From contig DASQAL010000008.1 of NCBI GenBank assembly GCA_035635775.1, positions 158-64,157 on the forward strand: a stretch of DNA of 64,000 nt, given 5' to 3'. Each line of letters opens with the position of its first letter. Position 1 is the first letter of the stretch. The notes beneath the pieces were generated by a model that saw only the letters and a program-made list of their open reading frames with translations, was not told where the DNA came from and made no database searches. Positions 19,895-30,303 of the stretch are shown one piece after another. Source of the DNA: Candidatus Acidiferrum sp. GTDB lineage: Bacteria > Methylomirabilota > Methylomirabilia > Rokubacteriales > CSP1-6. Both the position numbers and the translations under genes were made by a program.

Positions 19895-20941
19895 CTACGG
19901 CAGGTACAGGTGCTGGCGCACCCGCGACAGCGCGCTCGATACGACGCGCGCGGTCTCGTCGACGACCGACATGACCTCCGAGTACGGCATGCGCCGGGGG
20001 CCCAGCACCCCGAGCACGCCCAGGACCTGGTCCCGGTAGGTGTAGGTGGACGTGATGAGGCTGCAGCCCCGCATGTCCTCCATCGGGTTCTCGCTGCCGA
20101 TCATGACCTGGAGGCCGCGCTCCTCGGCCATGCGGGAGAGCAGGTCGATGAGGCGCGCCTTGTCCTCGAACGCGCGCAGCACCGAGCGCAGCGTCGCGGT
20201 GTCCGACAGGTCCGGATGATCCAGCATGTTGGTGGCGCCGCTCAGGTAGAGTGTCCGGTCGCGCAGCAGGGCGACCACCTCGTCGATCACGCCCCGGCTG
20301 CGCGTCCAGAGGGGATCCAGCGGGTCGGCGGGCGCGGTCAGGTCGTCGAGGATCTCCTGGAAGGTCTTGCCGCGGAAGCGGCGGGTGAGGGCCCGGCCGG
20401 TCTCGCGGAGCTCCTCGCTCCCGCCCCGCAGCGTGGTGGTGAGCGGCCGGGCGGTGACCCAGCCGGTGTCGGTCACCAGCACCGCCAGGGCCCGGTCCTC
20501 ATCCAGCGCCACCAGCTCGATCCGGTCCAGCGCGGTGTGCTTGAGCGGCGGCGCGAGCAGCACGCCCATCATGTGCGTGCCCGAGGACAGCAGGGAGGGC
20601 GTCTCCGCCATCAGGCGTTCGGCCGCGTCGGCCTGCGGCACTCCGGACGGCTGGCCCACCGCGGGCGCCTTGCCCGCCACCCACGGCACGCGCTGGAGGT
20701 GATCCACGTAGAAGCGGTAGGCGGCGTCCGTGGGGACCCGGCCCGCCGAGGTGTGGGGCTGCACCAGGTATCCCATCTCCTCGAGGTCGGCCATCGCGTT
20801 GCGGATGGTGGCCGGGGAGAGGCCGCGGATGTGCCGCCGCGCCACCGCGCGCGAGCCGACGGGCTCGCCGGTCTCGACGTACTCCGCGATGACGGCCAGG
20901 AGGACCTGGCGGCTCCGTTGATCGAGGGGCGGGGTGGTCAT
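19895..20941 (-). CDS. hrcA: Heat-inducible transcription repressor HrcA
   Basis: ATG 20941 gives MTTPPLDQRSRQVLLAVIAEYVETGEPVGSRAV..ATIRNAMADLEEMGYL.QPHTSAGRVPT... Confidence 0.9.
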   Translation of the reverse strand: MTTPPLDQRSRQVLLAVIAEYVETGEPVGSRAVARRHIRGLSPATIRNAMADLEEMGYLVQPHTSAGRVPTDAAYRFYVDHLQRVPWVAGKAPAVGQPSGVPQADAAERLMAETPSLLSSGTHMMGVLLAPPLKHTALDRIELVALDEDRALAVLVTDTGWVTARPLTTTLRGGSEELRETGRALTRRFRGKTFQEILDDLTAPADPLDPLWTRSRGVIDEVVALLRDRTLYLSGATNMLDHPDLSDTATLRSVLRAFEDKARLIDLLSRMAEERGLQVMIGSENPMEDMRGCSLITSTYTYRDQVLGVLGVLGPRRMPYSEVMSVVDETARVVSSALSRVRQHLYLP

Positions 20942-20955
20942 GCGCGATCTTACCG

Positions 20956-22140
20956 CTACAGCAGCTCGGTGAACAGGGCGTCGGAGAGGAGGAAGCCGGC
21001 TTCGGTGAGGCGGACACGGCCGTCCCGCTCCGCGAGCAGGCCGCGCTCGCGCCAGGCGTCGAGCACGTCGGGGAGGCGCCCGCGCTCGAGCGCGCAGCGC
21101 TCCGCGAGCCGCTCGGCCGGGACGCCGTCGCTCGTGCGGAGTGCCAGGATCAGTTGCTCCGCGAGGGCCTGGCGCGGGGTCAGGACCTCGTGGCTCTGCA
21201 GGGGCAGGCTCCCGCCCTCCACGAGAGTGCAGTAGCGCTCCACCGGCTTCACGTTGCCGTACCGCACGTGCCCGAGGAAGCCGCAGGCCCCCGGCCCCAG
21301 GGCCAGGTACTCCTCCCACCGCCAGTAGCGCTGGTTGTGGCGCGAGCGGCGATCCGGCCGCGCGTAGTTGGAGACTTCATAGTGCTCGAAGCCGGCCTCG
21401 CCGGCCAGGCGCGCGAGCGCCCAGTACTGCGCGGTGACCGTCTCCTCCTCGGGCAGCCCGGAAACCCCCGCCGCGTGCCAGAGACTGCCCTCGTCGAGGG
21501 TGAGGGCGTAGGCGGAGAGATGGTCCGGGCGCCACGCCAGCACGTCCCGCACCGTGCGCGTCCACGTGTCCAGGTCGAGCGCGGGCAGGCCGTAGATGAG
21601 ATCCACGCTGATATTGTCGAAGCCGGCCGCGCGCGCGGCCCCGAACGCGGCGCGAGCCTGGGCGGCCGAGTGCCGCCGGTCGAGCCGTGGCAGGATGCCG
21701 TCGTCCAGGCTCTGCACGCCGAGGCTGATGCGGGTCACCCCCGCGCGCCGGTAGCCGGCGAGGCGGGCCACCGTCACGTCGTCGGGATTGCACTCGACGG
21801 TCACCTCCGCCCCGGGCTCGAGCCGGAAGCGGGCGCCGATGCGGTCGAGCACGGCGGCCATCTGCTCCGCGTCGAGCAGCGACGGGGTGCCGCCGCCGAG
21901 GAAGAGCGTGTCGAGCGTGACGCGGCCCGCCCACGGCACCGCGGCGGCCAGGTCGCACTCGCGCAGCAGCGCGGTCAGGAAGCGGTCGAGCCCGCCCGGG
22001 GTGTAGGGCGCGGTGTTGAAGGAGCAGTACCCACACCGCTCCGCGCAGAAGGGCAGGTGCACGTAGACCCCGAGCCGGGTGGCACGGGGCGTGAGCGACC
22101 CTACGGCAGGTACTTGCCCAGCCGTTGCCAGCGCAGCCAA
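20956..22140 (-). CDS. hemW: Radical SAM heme chaperone HemW (HemN-like, oxygen-independent coproporphyrinogen oxidase family)
   Basis: VYVHLPFCAERCGYCSF (CxxxCxxC), GGGTPS, and a C-terminal HemN_C-like region. The start is ambiguous. TTG 22140 and GTG 22158 overlap lepB. Alternatively the GTA codon at 22104 overlaps the lepB TAG (GTAG). Confidence 0.85.
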   Translation of the reverse strand: MAALATAGQVPAVGSLTPRATRLGVYVHLPFCAERCGYCSFNTAPYTPGGLDRFLTALLRECDLAAAVPWAGRVTLDTLFLGGGTPSLLDAEQMAAVLDRIGARFRLEPGAEVTVECNPDDVTVARLAGYRRAGVTRISLGVQSLDDGILPRLDRRHSAAQARAAFGAARAAGFDNISVDLIYGLPALDLDTWTRTVRDVLAWRPDHLSAYALTLDEGSLWHAAGVSGLPEEETVTAQYWALARLAGEAGFEHYEVSNYARPDRRSRHNQRYWRWEEYLALGPGACGFLGHVRYGNVKPVERYCTLVEGGSLPLQSHEVLTPRQALAEQLILALRTSDGVPAERLAERCALERGRLPDVLDAWRERGLLAERDGRVRLTEAGFLLSDALFTELL

Positions 22141-22772
22141 TGGCCTTCCCCGTTCCACGACCAGTAGATCAAGAAGGCCTTCCCGCGGATCTTGTCCCGG
22201 CGGACGAAGCCCCAGTAGCGGCTGTCCTGGGAGTTGTCCCGGTTGTCGCCCATCACGAAGTAGGCGCCCGCGGGCACCTTGAGCGGGTCGCACCCGTAGG
22301 CGTAGCTGCACTGGGCCGACGGAGGGCCGGTGAAGGACCCGGGCCGCACGTACGGCTCGTCGATGGTGTGGCCGTTCAGCAGCACGCGGTTGTCGCGCAC
22401 CTGGATGGTGTCGCCGCCCACCGCGATGATCCGCTTGATGAAATCGCGCGTCTCGTCGTTCGGATACTTGAACACCACGATGTCCCCGTGCCGCGGATCG
22501 CGCAGCCCGGGAAGGTGCCGCTCGGTCACCGGGATCTCGGCGCCGAAGAGGAACTTGTTCACCAGGATGTAGTCGCCGATCAGCAGCGTGTCCATCATGG
22601 AGCCGGAGGGAATCGTGAAGGCCTGCACCGCGAACTGGCGGATGAAGAGGGCCAGGAGCACCGCGATGATGATGGCTTCCGAGTACTCCCGGAAGAGGGA
22701 TTTGCGACGGGGCCGGGCCACCGGGGGCGCGGCGCCGGTGTCGCGGTCGGGACGGACCTGGAGATCGTTCAT
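22101..22772 (-). CDS. lepB: Signal peptidase I
   Basis: IPSGSMMDTL (catalytic Ser), ..KRIIAVGGD.., GDNRDNSQDSRYWG. Confidence 0.95.
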   Translation of the reverse strand: MNDLQVRPDRDTGAAPPVARPRRKSLFREYSEAIIIAVLLALFIRQFAVQAFTIPSGSMMDTLLIGDYILVNKFLFGAEIPVTERHLPGLRDPRHGDIVVFKYPNDETRDFIKRIIAVGGDTIQVRDNRVLLNGHTIDEPYVRPGSFTGPPSAQCSYAYGCDPLKVPAGAYFVMGDNRDNSQDSRYWGFVRRDKIRGKAFLIYWSWNGEGHWLRWQRLGKYLP

Positions 22773-22782
22773 GCGGGGCCGC

Positions 22783-24573
22783 TCAGCTCTTGAGCACCGA
22801 CAGGAACGCTTCCTGCGGCACCTCGACCTTGCCGACCTGTTTCATCCGCTTCTTGCCTTCCTTCTGCTTCTCGAGCAGCTTACGCTTGCGGGTGATGTCG
22901 CCGCCGTAACACTTGGCGGTGACGTTCTTGCCCATGGCCTTGACCGTCTCGCGGGCGATGACCCGGCTGCCGATCGCGGCCTGGATCGCGACCTCGTAGA
23001 GCTGGCGGGGGATCACCGCCCGCAGCTTCTCGGTGAGGGTCTTGCCCTTCTCGTAGGCCTTCTCGCGGTGGACGATGATGGAGAGGGCGTCCACCGGGTC
23101 CCCGTTGAGCAGGATGTCGAGCTTGACCATGTCGGAGGTGCGGAACTCCAGGAAGTCGTAGTCGAAGGAGGCGTAACCCTTGGAGATGGACTTGAGCCGG
23201 TCGTAGAAGTCCACCACGATCTCGCTCAGCGGGAAGTCGAGCTGGATGTGGACCCGCTTGCCCATGTACTCGAGCGACTTGTGCTCGCCCCGTTTCTCCT
23301 GGGCGAGCTTGTAGATCTCGCTCATGAACTCGGTGGGCACGAAGATCGAGCCGCGCACGTAGGGCTCCTCGACGCGCTCGATCTTGTCGGGCGGGGGCAG
23401 CTTGGACGGGTTCTCCACGTCGATGACCTCGCCCTGCATGGTCACCACCCTGAAGCGGACGCTGGGCGCGGTGACGATGAGGGAGAGATTGAACTCGCGC
23501 TCGAGCCGCTCCTGCACGATCTCGAGGTGGAGCATGCCGAGGAAGCCGCAGCGGAACCCGTAGCCGAGCGCGAGCGAGGTCTCCGGCTCGAAGTTGAACG
23601 CCGAATCGTTCAGGCGCAGCTTCTCCAGCGCGTCGCGGAGACCCTCGTAGTCGGTGTCCTCGATCGGGTACAGCCCCGCGAAGACCATGGGCTTGGCGTC
23701 GCGGTACCCGGGGCAGGGTAGGGCGGTCGGGTGGAGCACGTCGGTGATCGTCTCGCCGATCTTGGCGTCGGCCACGCGCTTGATCGAGGCGGTAAGGTAG
23801 CCGACCTGCCCGGCGCTCAGCTCCTCCACCGGCCGCATGTCGGGGGAGAAGACGCCCACCTGCTGGACCTCGTGGGTCTTGCCGTTGGACATGAACAGCA
23901 CGCGCGAGCCGGCGCGGACGCGCCCGTCGATCAAGCGGATGTACACCACGACGCCCTGGTACGAGTCGTAGAAGGAGTCGAAGACCAGGGCCTTGAGCGG
24001 GCCGTCCACGTCGCCCTTGGGCGGCGGCACGCGCGCCACGATCGCCTCGAGCACCTCCGGCACCCCGGTGCCGTGCTTGGCCGAGATCGTGAGGGCCTCG
24101 TCGCCGTCGAGGGTGAGGATCTCGGTGATCTGGTTTCTCGTGGCCTCGATGTCGGCGGCGGGCAGGTCGATCTTGTTGATGACCGGGATGATCTCGAGGC
24201 CGCCGTCCAGCGCGAGGTAGAAGTTGGCCAGGGTCTGCGCCTCGACGCCCTGGGCGGCGTCGACGATCAAGATCGCCCCTTCACAGGCGGCGAGGGAGCG
24301 GGAGACCTCGTAGGAGAAGTCCACGTGGCCCGGGGTGTCGATGAGGTTGAGGGTGTACTCGCGCCCGTCGTTCGCCTTGTAGAGCAGGCGCACCGTGTGG
24401 GCCTTGATGGTGATCCCGCGCTCCTTCTCGAGGTCCATCGAGTCCAGGACCTGGTCCACCGCCTTCTTCGCGTCCATGGTCCCGGTGAGGGACAGGAGCC
24501 GGTCGGCCAGGGTGGACTTGCCGTGGTCGATGTGGGCGACGATGGAGAAATTGCGGATCAGATCGATGGCCAT
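22783..24573 (-). CDS. lepA: Translation elongation factor 4
   Basis: ATG 24573 gives [35 protein letters not shown].. and the LepA C-terminal domain. Confidence 0.95.
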   Translation of the reverse strand: MAIDLIRNFSIVAHIDHGKSTLADRLLSLTGTMDAKKAVDQVLDSMDLEKERGITIKAHTVRLLYKANDGREYTLNLIDTPGHVDFSYEVSRSLAACEGAILIVDAAQGVEAQTLANFYLALDGGLEIIPVINKIDLPAADIEATRNQITEILTLDGDEALTISAKHGTGVPEVLEAIVARVPPPKGDVDGPLKALVFDSFYDSYQGVVVYIRLIDGRVRAGSRVLFMSNGKTHEVQQVGVFSPDMRPVEELSAGQVGYLTASIKRVADAKIGETITDVLHPTALPCPGYRDAKPMVFAGLYPIEDTDYEGLRDALEKLRLNDSAFNFEPETSLALGYGFRCGFLGMLHLEIVQERLEREFNLSLIVTAPSVRFRVVTMQGEVIDVENPSKLPPPDKIERVEEPYVRGSIFVPTEFMSEIYKLAQEKRGEHKSLEYMGKRVHIQLDFPLSEIVVDFYDRLKSISKGYASFDYDFLEFRTSDMVKLDILLNGDPVDALSIIVHREKAYEKGKTLTEKLRAVIPRQLYEVAIQAAIGSRVIARETVKAMGKNVTAKCYGGDITRKRKLLEKQKEGKKRMKQVGKVEVPQEAFLSVLKS

Positions 24574-24664
24574 CCGGCTAAGAATACCACGGCCTTGCGG
24601 GCGCCGTCGGGTGCCGGTCCCCTTCAAAATCCCCAACATACGCGCGTGAGGCGCGCGGGTGGCG

Positions 24665-24779
24665 GGCGGGGCGGCCCTGCCGGACGGACTTCGTCACCCG
24701 CTCGCCGGATTCGCCGCTCTTCGAGCGGCGGGCCGGACTCGGGGGGCCCACTCCGCTCGTCCGGCAGGGCCGCCCCGCC
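24665..24779. repeat. 115-nt intergenic element bounded by a perfect 22-bp inverted repeat with a nested 8-bp hairpin
   Basis: ggcggggcggccctgccggacg (24665-24686) is the exact reverse complement of cgtccggcagggccgccccgcc (24758-24779). The inner hairpin is cgccgctc-ttc-gagcggcg (24712-24730). It lies between the 3' end of the sugar operon and the 5' end of lepA. Confidence 0.8.
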
Positions 24780-24880
24780 GCCAGGCCCCGCGCGGTCGCC
24801 CGCCGTGAGGACGTGCAGCGCGATGCCAATCTCGCTGGCGCGGCCGGCCTCCGGTCGCGTCAGGAGCTCTACATCTCGCT

Positions 24881-25939
24881 CTACATGCGGGTGTTGGGGG
24901 GGATTGTGGTGTTGTTCTCTAGGACGGCGGTGAAGCCGAGGTGGGCGTTGGGGCCTATGGTGACGTTGGAGCCGATGATGCAGTCGCGCAGGACCGCGCC
25001 TGGACCTACCACGACGTTGTCCCAGAGGATCGCGCCCTCGATCTGGGCGCCGCCGCCGATGGTGCAGTTCGCGCCGAGTACCGTGTTCGGGCCCACCTGC
25101 GCGCCCGGCTCGACGCGAGTGCCGGCGCCGATCACGCACGGGGGCGTGACCGTCGCGTCCGGGGCGACGTGGGCGCCCGGCGCGATGGCGCGGCCGTCGG
25201 GGCCCGCTCCCGCGGGCGTGAGCGGCGTGCTGACCCGCCCGGCCAGGAGGTCGAGCTGGCCCTGGCGGTACTTGGCGGGGCTGCCGATGTCGAGCCAGTA
25301 GTTGCCGGCCACCCAGCCGAAGAACGGCACGCGGTCCCGGAGCAGCCCGGGGAACGTCTCGCGCTCGATCGACACGGCGCGGCCGGTGGGAATGGCGGCG
25401 ACCACCGCGCGATCCAGCGCGTAGACGCCCGCGTTGACCGTGTCGACGGTCACCTGGCCGGGCGCGGGCTTCTCCACGAAGCTCCGGATGCGCCCGTCCG
25501 TCTCGAGCTCCACGAGCCCGTACTGGGTGGGGTCGGCGACGCGGGTGAGGTAGAGGGTCGCGCGCGAACGGCGCTCGGCGTGGAAGCGCAGCATGGCGGA
25601 CAGATCGAGATCGGCCAGAATGTCGCCGTTCAGGACGACCACGAGGCCGCGCACGAGGTCCACCGCGTTGCGCACGCCGCCCGCGGTGCCGAGCGGCTCC
25701 GTCTCCACCGCGAAGCGGAGCCGCACCCCGTGGGCCGCGCCGTCCCCCATGAGCCGCCGGACCTCGTCCACCATGTAGGAGCAGGACAGCACCACGTCGG
25801 TGATGCCGTGCCGGCGAAGGAGGGCGAGCTGGTAGGCGATGAACGGGATGTTGAGGAGCGGAACGACCGGCTTGGGCGTGACCAGCGTCAGCGGCCGAAG
25901 CCGGGTGCCCTGACCTCCCGCGAGGATGACCGCGGTTAT
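24881..25939 (-). CDS. NDP-sugar pyrophosphorylase (nucleotidyltransferase) with C-terminal left-handed beta-helix domain
   Basis: A hand-extended frame upstream of the track start (GTG 25795) encodes TAVILAGGQGTRLRPLTLVTPKPVVPLLNIPFIAYQLALLRRHGITDVVLSCSY.. This is the signature N-terminus. C-terminal hexapeptide-like repeats are present (IGAGTRVEPGAQVGPNTVLGANCTIGGGAQI..). No ATG, GTG or TTG lies upstream of the motif. ATA 25939 overlaps the upstream TAA stop. Confidence 0.85.
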   Translation of the reverse strand: MTAVILAGGQGTRLRPLTLVTPKPVVPLLNIPFIAYQLALLRRHGITDVVLSCSYMVDEVRRLMGDGAAHGVRLRFAVETEPLGTAGGVRNAVDLVRGLVVVLNGDILADLDLSAMLRFHAERRSRATLYLTRVADPTQYGLVELETDGRIRSFVEKPAPGQVTVDTVNAGVYALDRAVVAAIPTGRAVSIERETFPGLLRDRVPFFGWVAGNYWLDIGSPAKYRQGQLDLLAGRVSTPLTPAGAGPDGRAIAPGAHVAPDATVTPPCVIGAGTRVEPGAQVGPNTVLGANCTIGGGAQIEGAILWDNVVVGPGAVLRDCIIGSNVTIGPNAHLGFTAVLENNTTIPPNTRM

Positions 25940-26109
25940 TTCGTCGGCACCCAGGGCTCCGCCTCGCTGATCAACATCACGGGAATGCCGTCGCGCACCG
26001 GATAGGCCTTGCGGCAGGCGCGGCAGATGATGCGCGTCTCCTCGAAGGTCAGCTCGACGCCCTTGCAGGCCGGGCAGGCCAGGATCGCCCGCAGCTCTTC
26101 GTCGATCAT
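25936..26109 (-). CDS. Trm112/YcaR (UPF0434) family small zinc-ribbon protein
   Basis: 57-aa ORF found by hand; it falls below the track's length cutoff. Sequence is [57 protein letters not shown]. The ATG overlaps the epimerase stop (ATGA). Confidence 0.8.
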   Translation of the reverse strand: MIDEELRAILACPACKGVELTFEETRIICRACRKAYPVRDGIPVMLISEAEPWVPTK

Positions 26110-27031
26110 GACGCGGTCTCCTTTTGGAAGAATCCGAACGTGCGGCGGAGGCCTTCCCCGAGGGACACGGTGGGCTTCCAGCCGAGCGCGCGCGCGGCCA
26201 GCTCGGGGCTCAGGCAGCTCCGGCGCTGCTCGCCCGGCCGGGCGGGCGCGTGCTGCGCCTGCACCGGGGAGCCCGCCGTCTCGATCAGGGCCTGGTAGAG
26301 GTCGTTGACCGACGTCTCGAGCCCGGTGCAGATGTTGACCCCACCGGTGACCTCGGGATGCTCGAGGGCCTTGAGATTGGCGGCCGCCACGTCCTCCACG
26401 TAGGTGTAGTCGCGGGTCTGGCCGCCGTCACCGTTGATGATGGGGATCTGGCCGGTCAGCAACCGGTGGCAGAAGATGGCGATCACGCCCGCCTCGCCCT
26501 GAGGGTTCTGCCGCGGCCCGTAGATATTGGCGTAGCGGAGCGAGATGCCGCTGATGCCGTACATGCCGCTCCACGCGCTGACGTACTGCTCCACCGCGAC
26601 CTTGGTGATGCCGTAGGGGGAGATCGGCAGGCTCGGGTGGCTCTCCGGCGTGGGGATGACGTCGGTGTCCCCATAGCCCGCGCCGCCACTGGACGAATAG
26701 ATCACCCGGCGCACCCCGTAGCGCCGGCAGCACTCGAGCAGCCCGACGCCGCCCCCGATGTTAACGCTGGCGTCGAACCCGGGATCCGTCACCGAGCGCC
26801 CCACCGACGCCTGCGCGGCCAGGTGGGCCACCACCTCCGGCCGCTCCGCCTCGAAGACCCGAGCCAGCCGCGCGCTGCGGAGGTCCACCTCGTGGAAGCG
26901 GGCGCGCGTGTGGATCCAGCGGGTGTCGCCGGTGGTGAGATTGTCCACCACCGCCACGTCATGGCCCGCGGCCAGGAAGGCGTCCACCACGTGAGAGCCG
27001 ATGAAGCCGGCGCCGCCCGTGACGAGGATCT

Positions 27032-27035
<4 letters not shown>
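26106..27035 (-). CDS. NAD-dependent epimerase/dehydratase (UDP-glucose 4-epimerase-like)
   Basis: GTG 27035 gives (M)[14 protein letters not shown]..; YxxxK motif (SPYGITK). The GTG overlaps the uxs stop (GTGA). Confidence 0.85.
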
Positions 27036-27967
<932 letters not shown>

Positions 27968-27978
27968 CGGCCCGACCC

Positions 27979-29289
27979 TCAGCCCGCCAGCACGGGCTTG
28001 CGCCCGATCGAGTAGTACTCGAAGCCGAGCCGCCGCATGCGCTCGGGCTCGTAGAGGTTGCGGGCGTCGAAGATCAGACGGTGTCGCAGCAGCCCGCGCA
28101 GCCGGTCGAGGTTCAGGTACTTGAACTCGTTCCACTCGGTGAGCAGCGCCACCCCGTCCGCGCCCGCCGCCGCCTCGTAGGCCGACTCGGAGAAGACCAC
28201 GCCCTCCGGCATGAGGGCCTTCGCGTTGGCCATCGCGACCGGGTCGTAGGCGCGCACCTGGGCCCCCGCCGCGTGGAGCAGCCGGACCACCTCGATGCTC
28301 TTGGCCTCGCGCATGTCGTCGGTGTTGGGCTTGAAGGCGAGGCCGAGGACCGCGATGGTCTTGTCCTCGATCCCGCCCATCGCCTTGCGCATCATGTCCA
28401 CCAGGTGGGACGCCCGCTCCTTGTTGATCTCCACCACCGAGCGCAGCAGCTTGAAGTCGTAGCCGAAGCGGGACGCGGTGTGGATGAGGGAATCCACGTC
28501 CTTGGGGAAGCAGGAGCCGCCGTAGCCGAGGCCGGCCTGGAGGAACTGCATCCCGATGCGCGAGTCGAGGCCCATGCCCTTCATCACCTGGCTCACGTCG
28601 GCGCCCGCGTTCTCGCAGATGTTGGCGATGGCGTTGATGAAGGAGATCTTCGCGGCCAGGAAGCCGTTGGAGGCGTATTTGATCACCTCCGCCGACGGCA
28701 GGTCGGTGATGATCATGGGCCGCTCGAGCGGGGCGTAGAGCTCCACCAGGGTCATCGCGACCTGCTGGTTGGGCGCGCCGATCACGATCCGATCGGGTCG
28801 GAGCGTGTCCTCGATCGCGGAGCCCTCGCGCAGGAACTCGGGATTGGAGACCACGTCGAAGTCGATGGGGCGCGGCTGGTGCCGGGTGATCACTTCTCGA
28901 ACGAATTCGCCGGTCCCCACCGGGACGGTGGACTTGTTGACGACCACCTTGTAGCGGTCCATCGAGCGGCCGATCTGGGTGGCGACCGCCTCCACGTGCG
29001 AGAGATCGGTCTCGCCGGTGTCCTTCGAGGGCGTGCCCACCGCGATGAAGATCACGTCGGACTGGCGGACCGCGCCGGGCAGGTCGGTGGTGAAGCTGAG
29101 CCGGGCGTCGTCCTTGTTCCGGACCACCATCTCCTCGAGGCCCGGCTCGTAGATCGGCATCTGGCCGGCTCGGAGAGCCTCGATCTTCTTCTGGTCGTTG
29201 TCCACGCAGACCACGTCGTTGCCGAGATCGGCGAAGACCGCGCCGGTCACCAGCCCCACGTAGCCCGTTCCCACCACGCAGATGTTCAT
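27979..29289 (-). CDS. ugd: UDP-glucose 6-dehydrogenase
   Basis: [16 protein letters not shown].., ..GGSCFPKD.. (catalytic Cys), 436 aa. Confidence 0.95.
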   Translation of the reverse strand: MNICVVGTGYVGLVTGAVFADLGNDVVCVDNDQKKIEALRAGQMPIYEPGLEEMVVRNKDDARLSFTTDLPGAVRQSDVIFIAVGTPSKDTGETDLSHVEAVATQIGRSMDRYKVVVNKSTVPVGTGEFVREVITRHQPRPIDFDVVSNPEFLREGSAIEDTLRPDRIVIGAPNQQVAMTLVELYAPLERPMIITDLPSAEVIKYASNGFLAAKISFINAIANICENAGADVSQVMKGMGLDSRIGMQFLQAGLGYGGSCFPKDVDSLIHTASRFGYDFKLLRSVVEINKERASHLVDMMRKAMGGIEDKTIAVLGLAFKPNTDDMREAKSIEVVRLLHAAGAQVRAYDPVAMANAKALMPEGVVFSESAYEAAAGADGVALLTEWNEFKYLNLDRLRGLLRHRLIFDARNLYEPERMRRLGFEYYSIGRKPVLAG

Positions 29290-29364
29290 TCGGTCAGGCC
29301 TCCAGACGGGGATCTCACAATAACAGACAGGGCACCCGCCGTGCCACCGACCGCCGCCGATCCG

Positions 29365-30303
29365 CTAGGACAGGGTATGACGGATCAGCCGCTCCCCCAC
29401 CATCACCAGGAACAGCAGAAGGAGGAAGAAGTTGGAGAAGAGGAATAAGGAGAGCCACCCGCGCTGGTCGTCCGGCCGCCGCGCGAACTTCGCGGCCAGC
29501 CAGATCAGCCGCCCGCCCAGCGCCGCGGCCGCGACGAGGGCGGCCGGGCCGCCCACCCCGAAGGTGGGCGCGGCCAGCGCCCAGCCGGTGAGGCCGAGCG
29601 CGTAGAGCTGGATGAGCCGGGCGGTGCCCTCCACGCCGACCCGCTCCGAGACCATCGGGAAGCCGCCCGCCGCGTAGTCCGCCCGGTAGCGGAGGGCGAG
29701 GGCCCAGAAGTGGGGCATCTGCCACAGGAACAGGATCCCGAAGAGGATCACCGCGCCCGCGTCGGTGAGGTGGCCGCCGCCCGCCACCCAGCCGATCACC
29801 GGCGGGATGGCGCCCGGTATCGCCCCCGGCACCGCCGCGAACGGGGAGTTCGGCTTGAGCCACGGGGTGTAGACGCCGTTGTAGAAGCCGCTCGCGATCA
29901 GGCCCAGCATGCCCGCCATGGGCCCGACCCCGAGCCACAGCACGGCCGCGCCCGCCGTGATGCCCACGATCGAGAAGGCGAGCCCCTGCCCGTGGGAGAG
30001 CCGGCCCGAGGGCAGCGGCCGCCCCGCGGTGCGGGCCATCAGGCCATCGCGGTCGCGCTCCTGGACCTGGTTCAGGGCGGAGGCGCCGCAGGACAGCAGC
30101 ATCACACCGGCCAGCACCAGCAGGCCCTGCGGCCACGGGAACTCGGGCCCGAGCGGGGCCCGCATCATGAAGCCGGCGCCTGCGGAGACGAGCACCAGGA
30201 GCACGATGCCGAACTTCGAGAGCTCGGCGTAGGCGCCGATCCGCTCGGTCAGGCGGAGCGTCCCGATGCTGCGCGAGGCTGCCGTCGCGGCCCTAGGCGG
30301 CAT
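29365..30303 (-). CDS. ctaB: Protoheme IX farnesyltransferase (heme O synthase)
   Basis: UbiA-type motifs ..ALNQVQERDRD..RTAGRPLPSG.. and about 9 predicted TM helices. ATG 30303 overlaps the ctaA end by 11 nt. Confidence 0.9.
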   Translation of the reverse strand: MPPRAATAASRSIGTLRLTERIGAYAELSKFGIVLLVLVSAGAGFMMRAPLGPEFPWPQGLLVLAGVMLLSCGASALNQVQERDRDGLMARTAGRPLPSGRLSHGQGLAFSIVGITAGAAVLWLGVGPMAGMLGLIASGFYNGVYTPWLKPNSPFAAVPGAIPGAIPPVIGWVAGGGHLTDAGAVILFGILFLWQMPHFWALALRYRADYAAGGFPMVSERVGVEGTARLIQLYALGLTGWALAAPTFGVGGPAALVAAAALGGRLIWLAAKFARRPDDQRGWLSLFLFSNFFLLLLFLVMVGERLIRHTLS

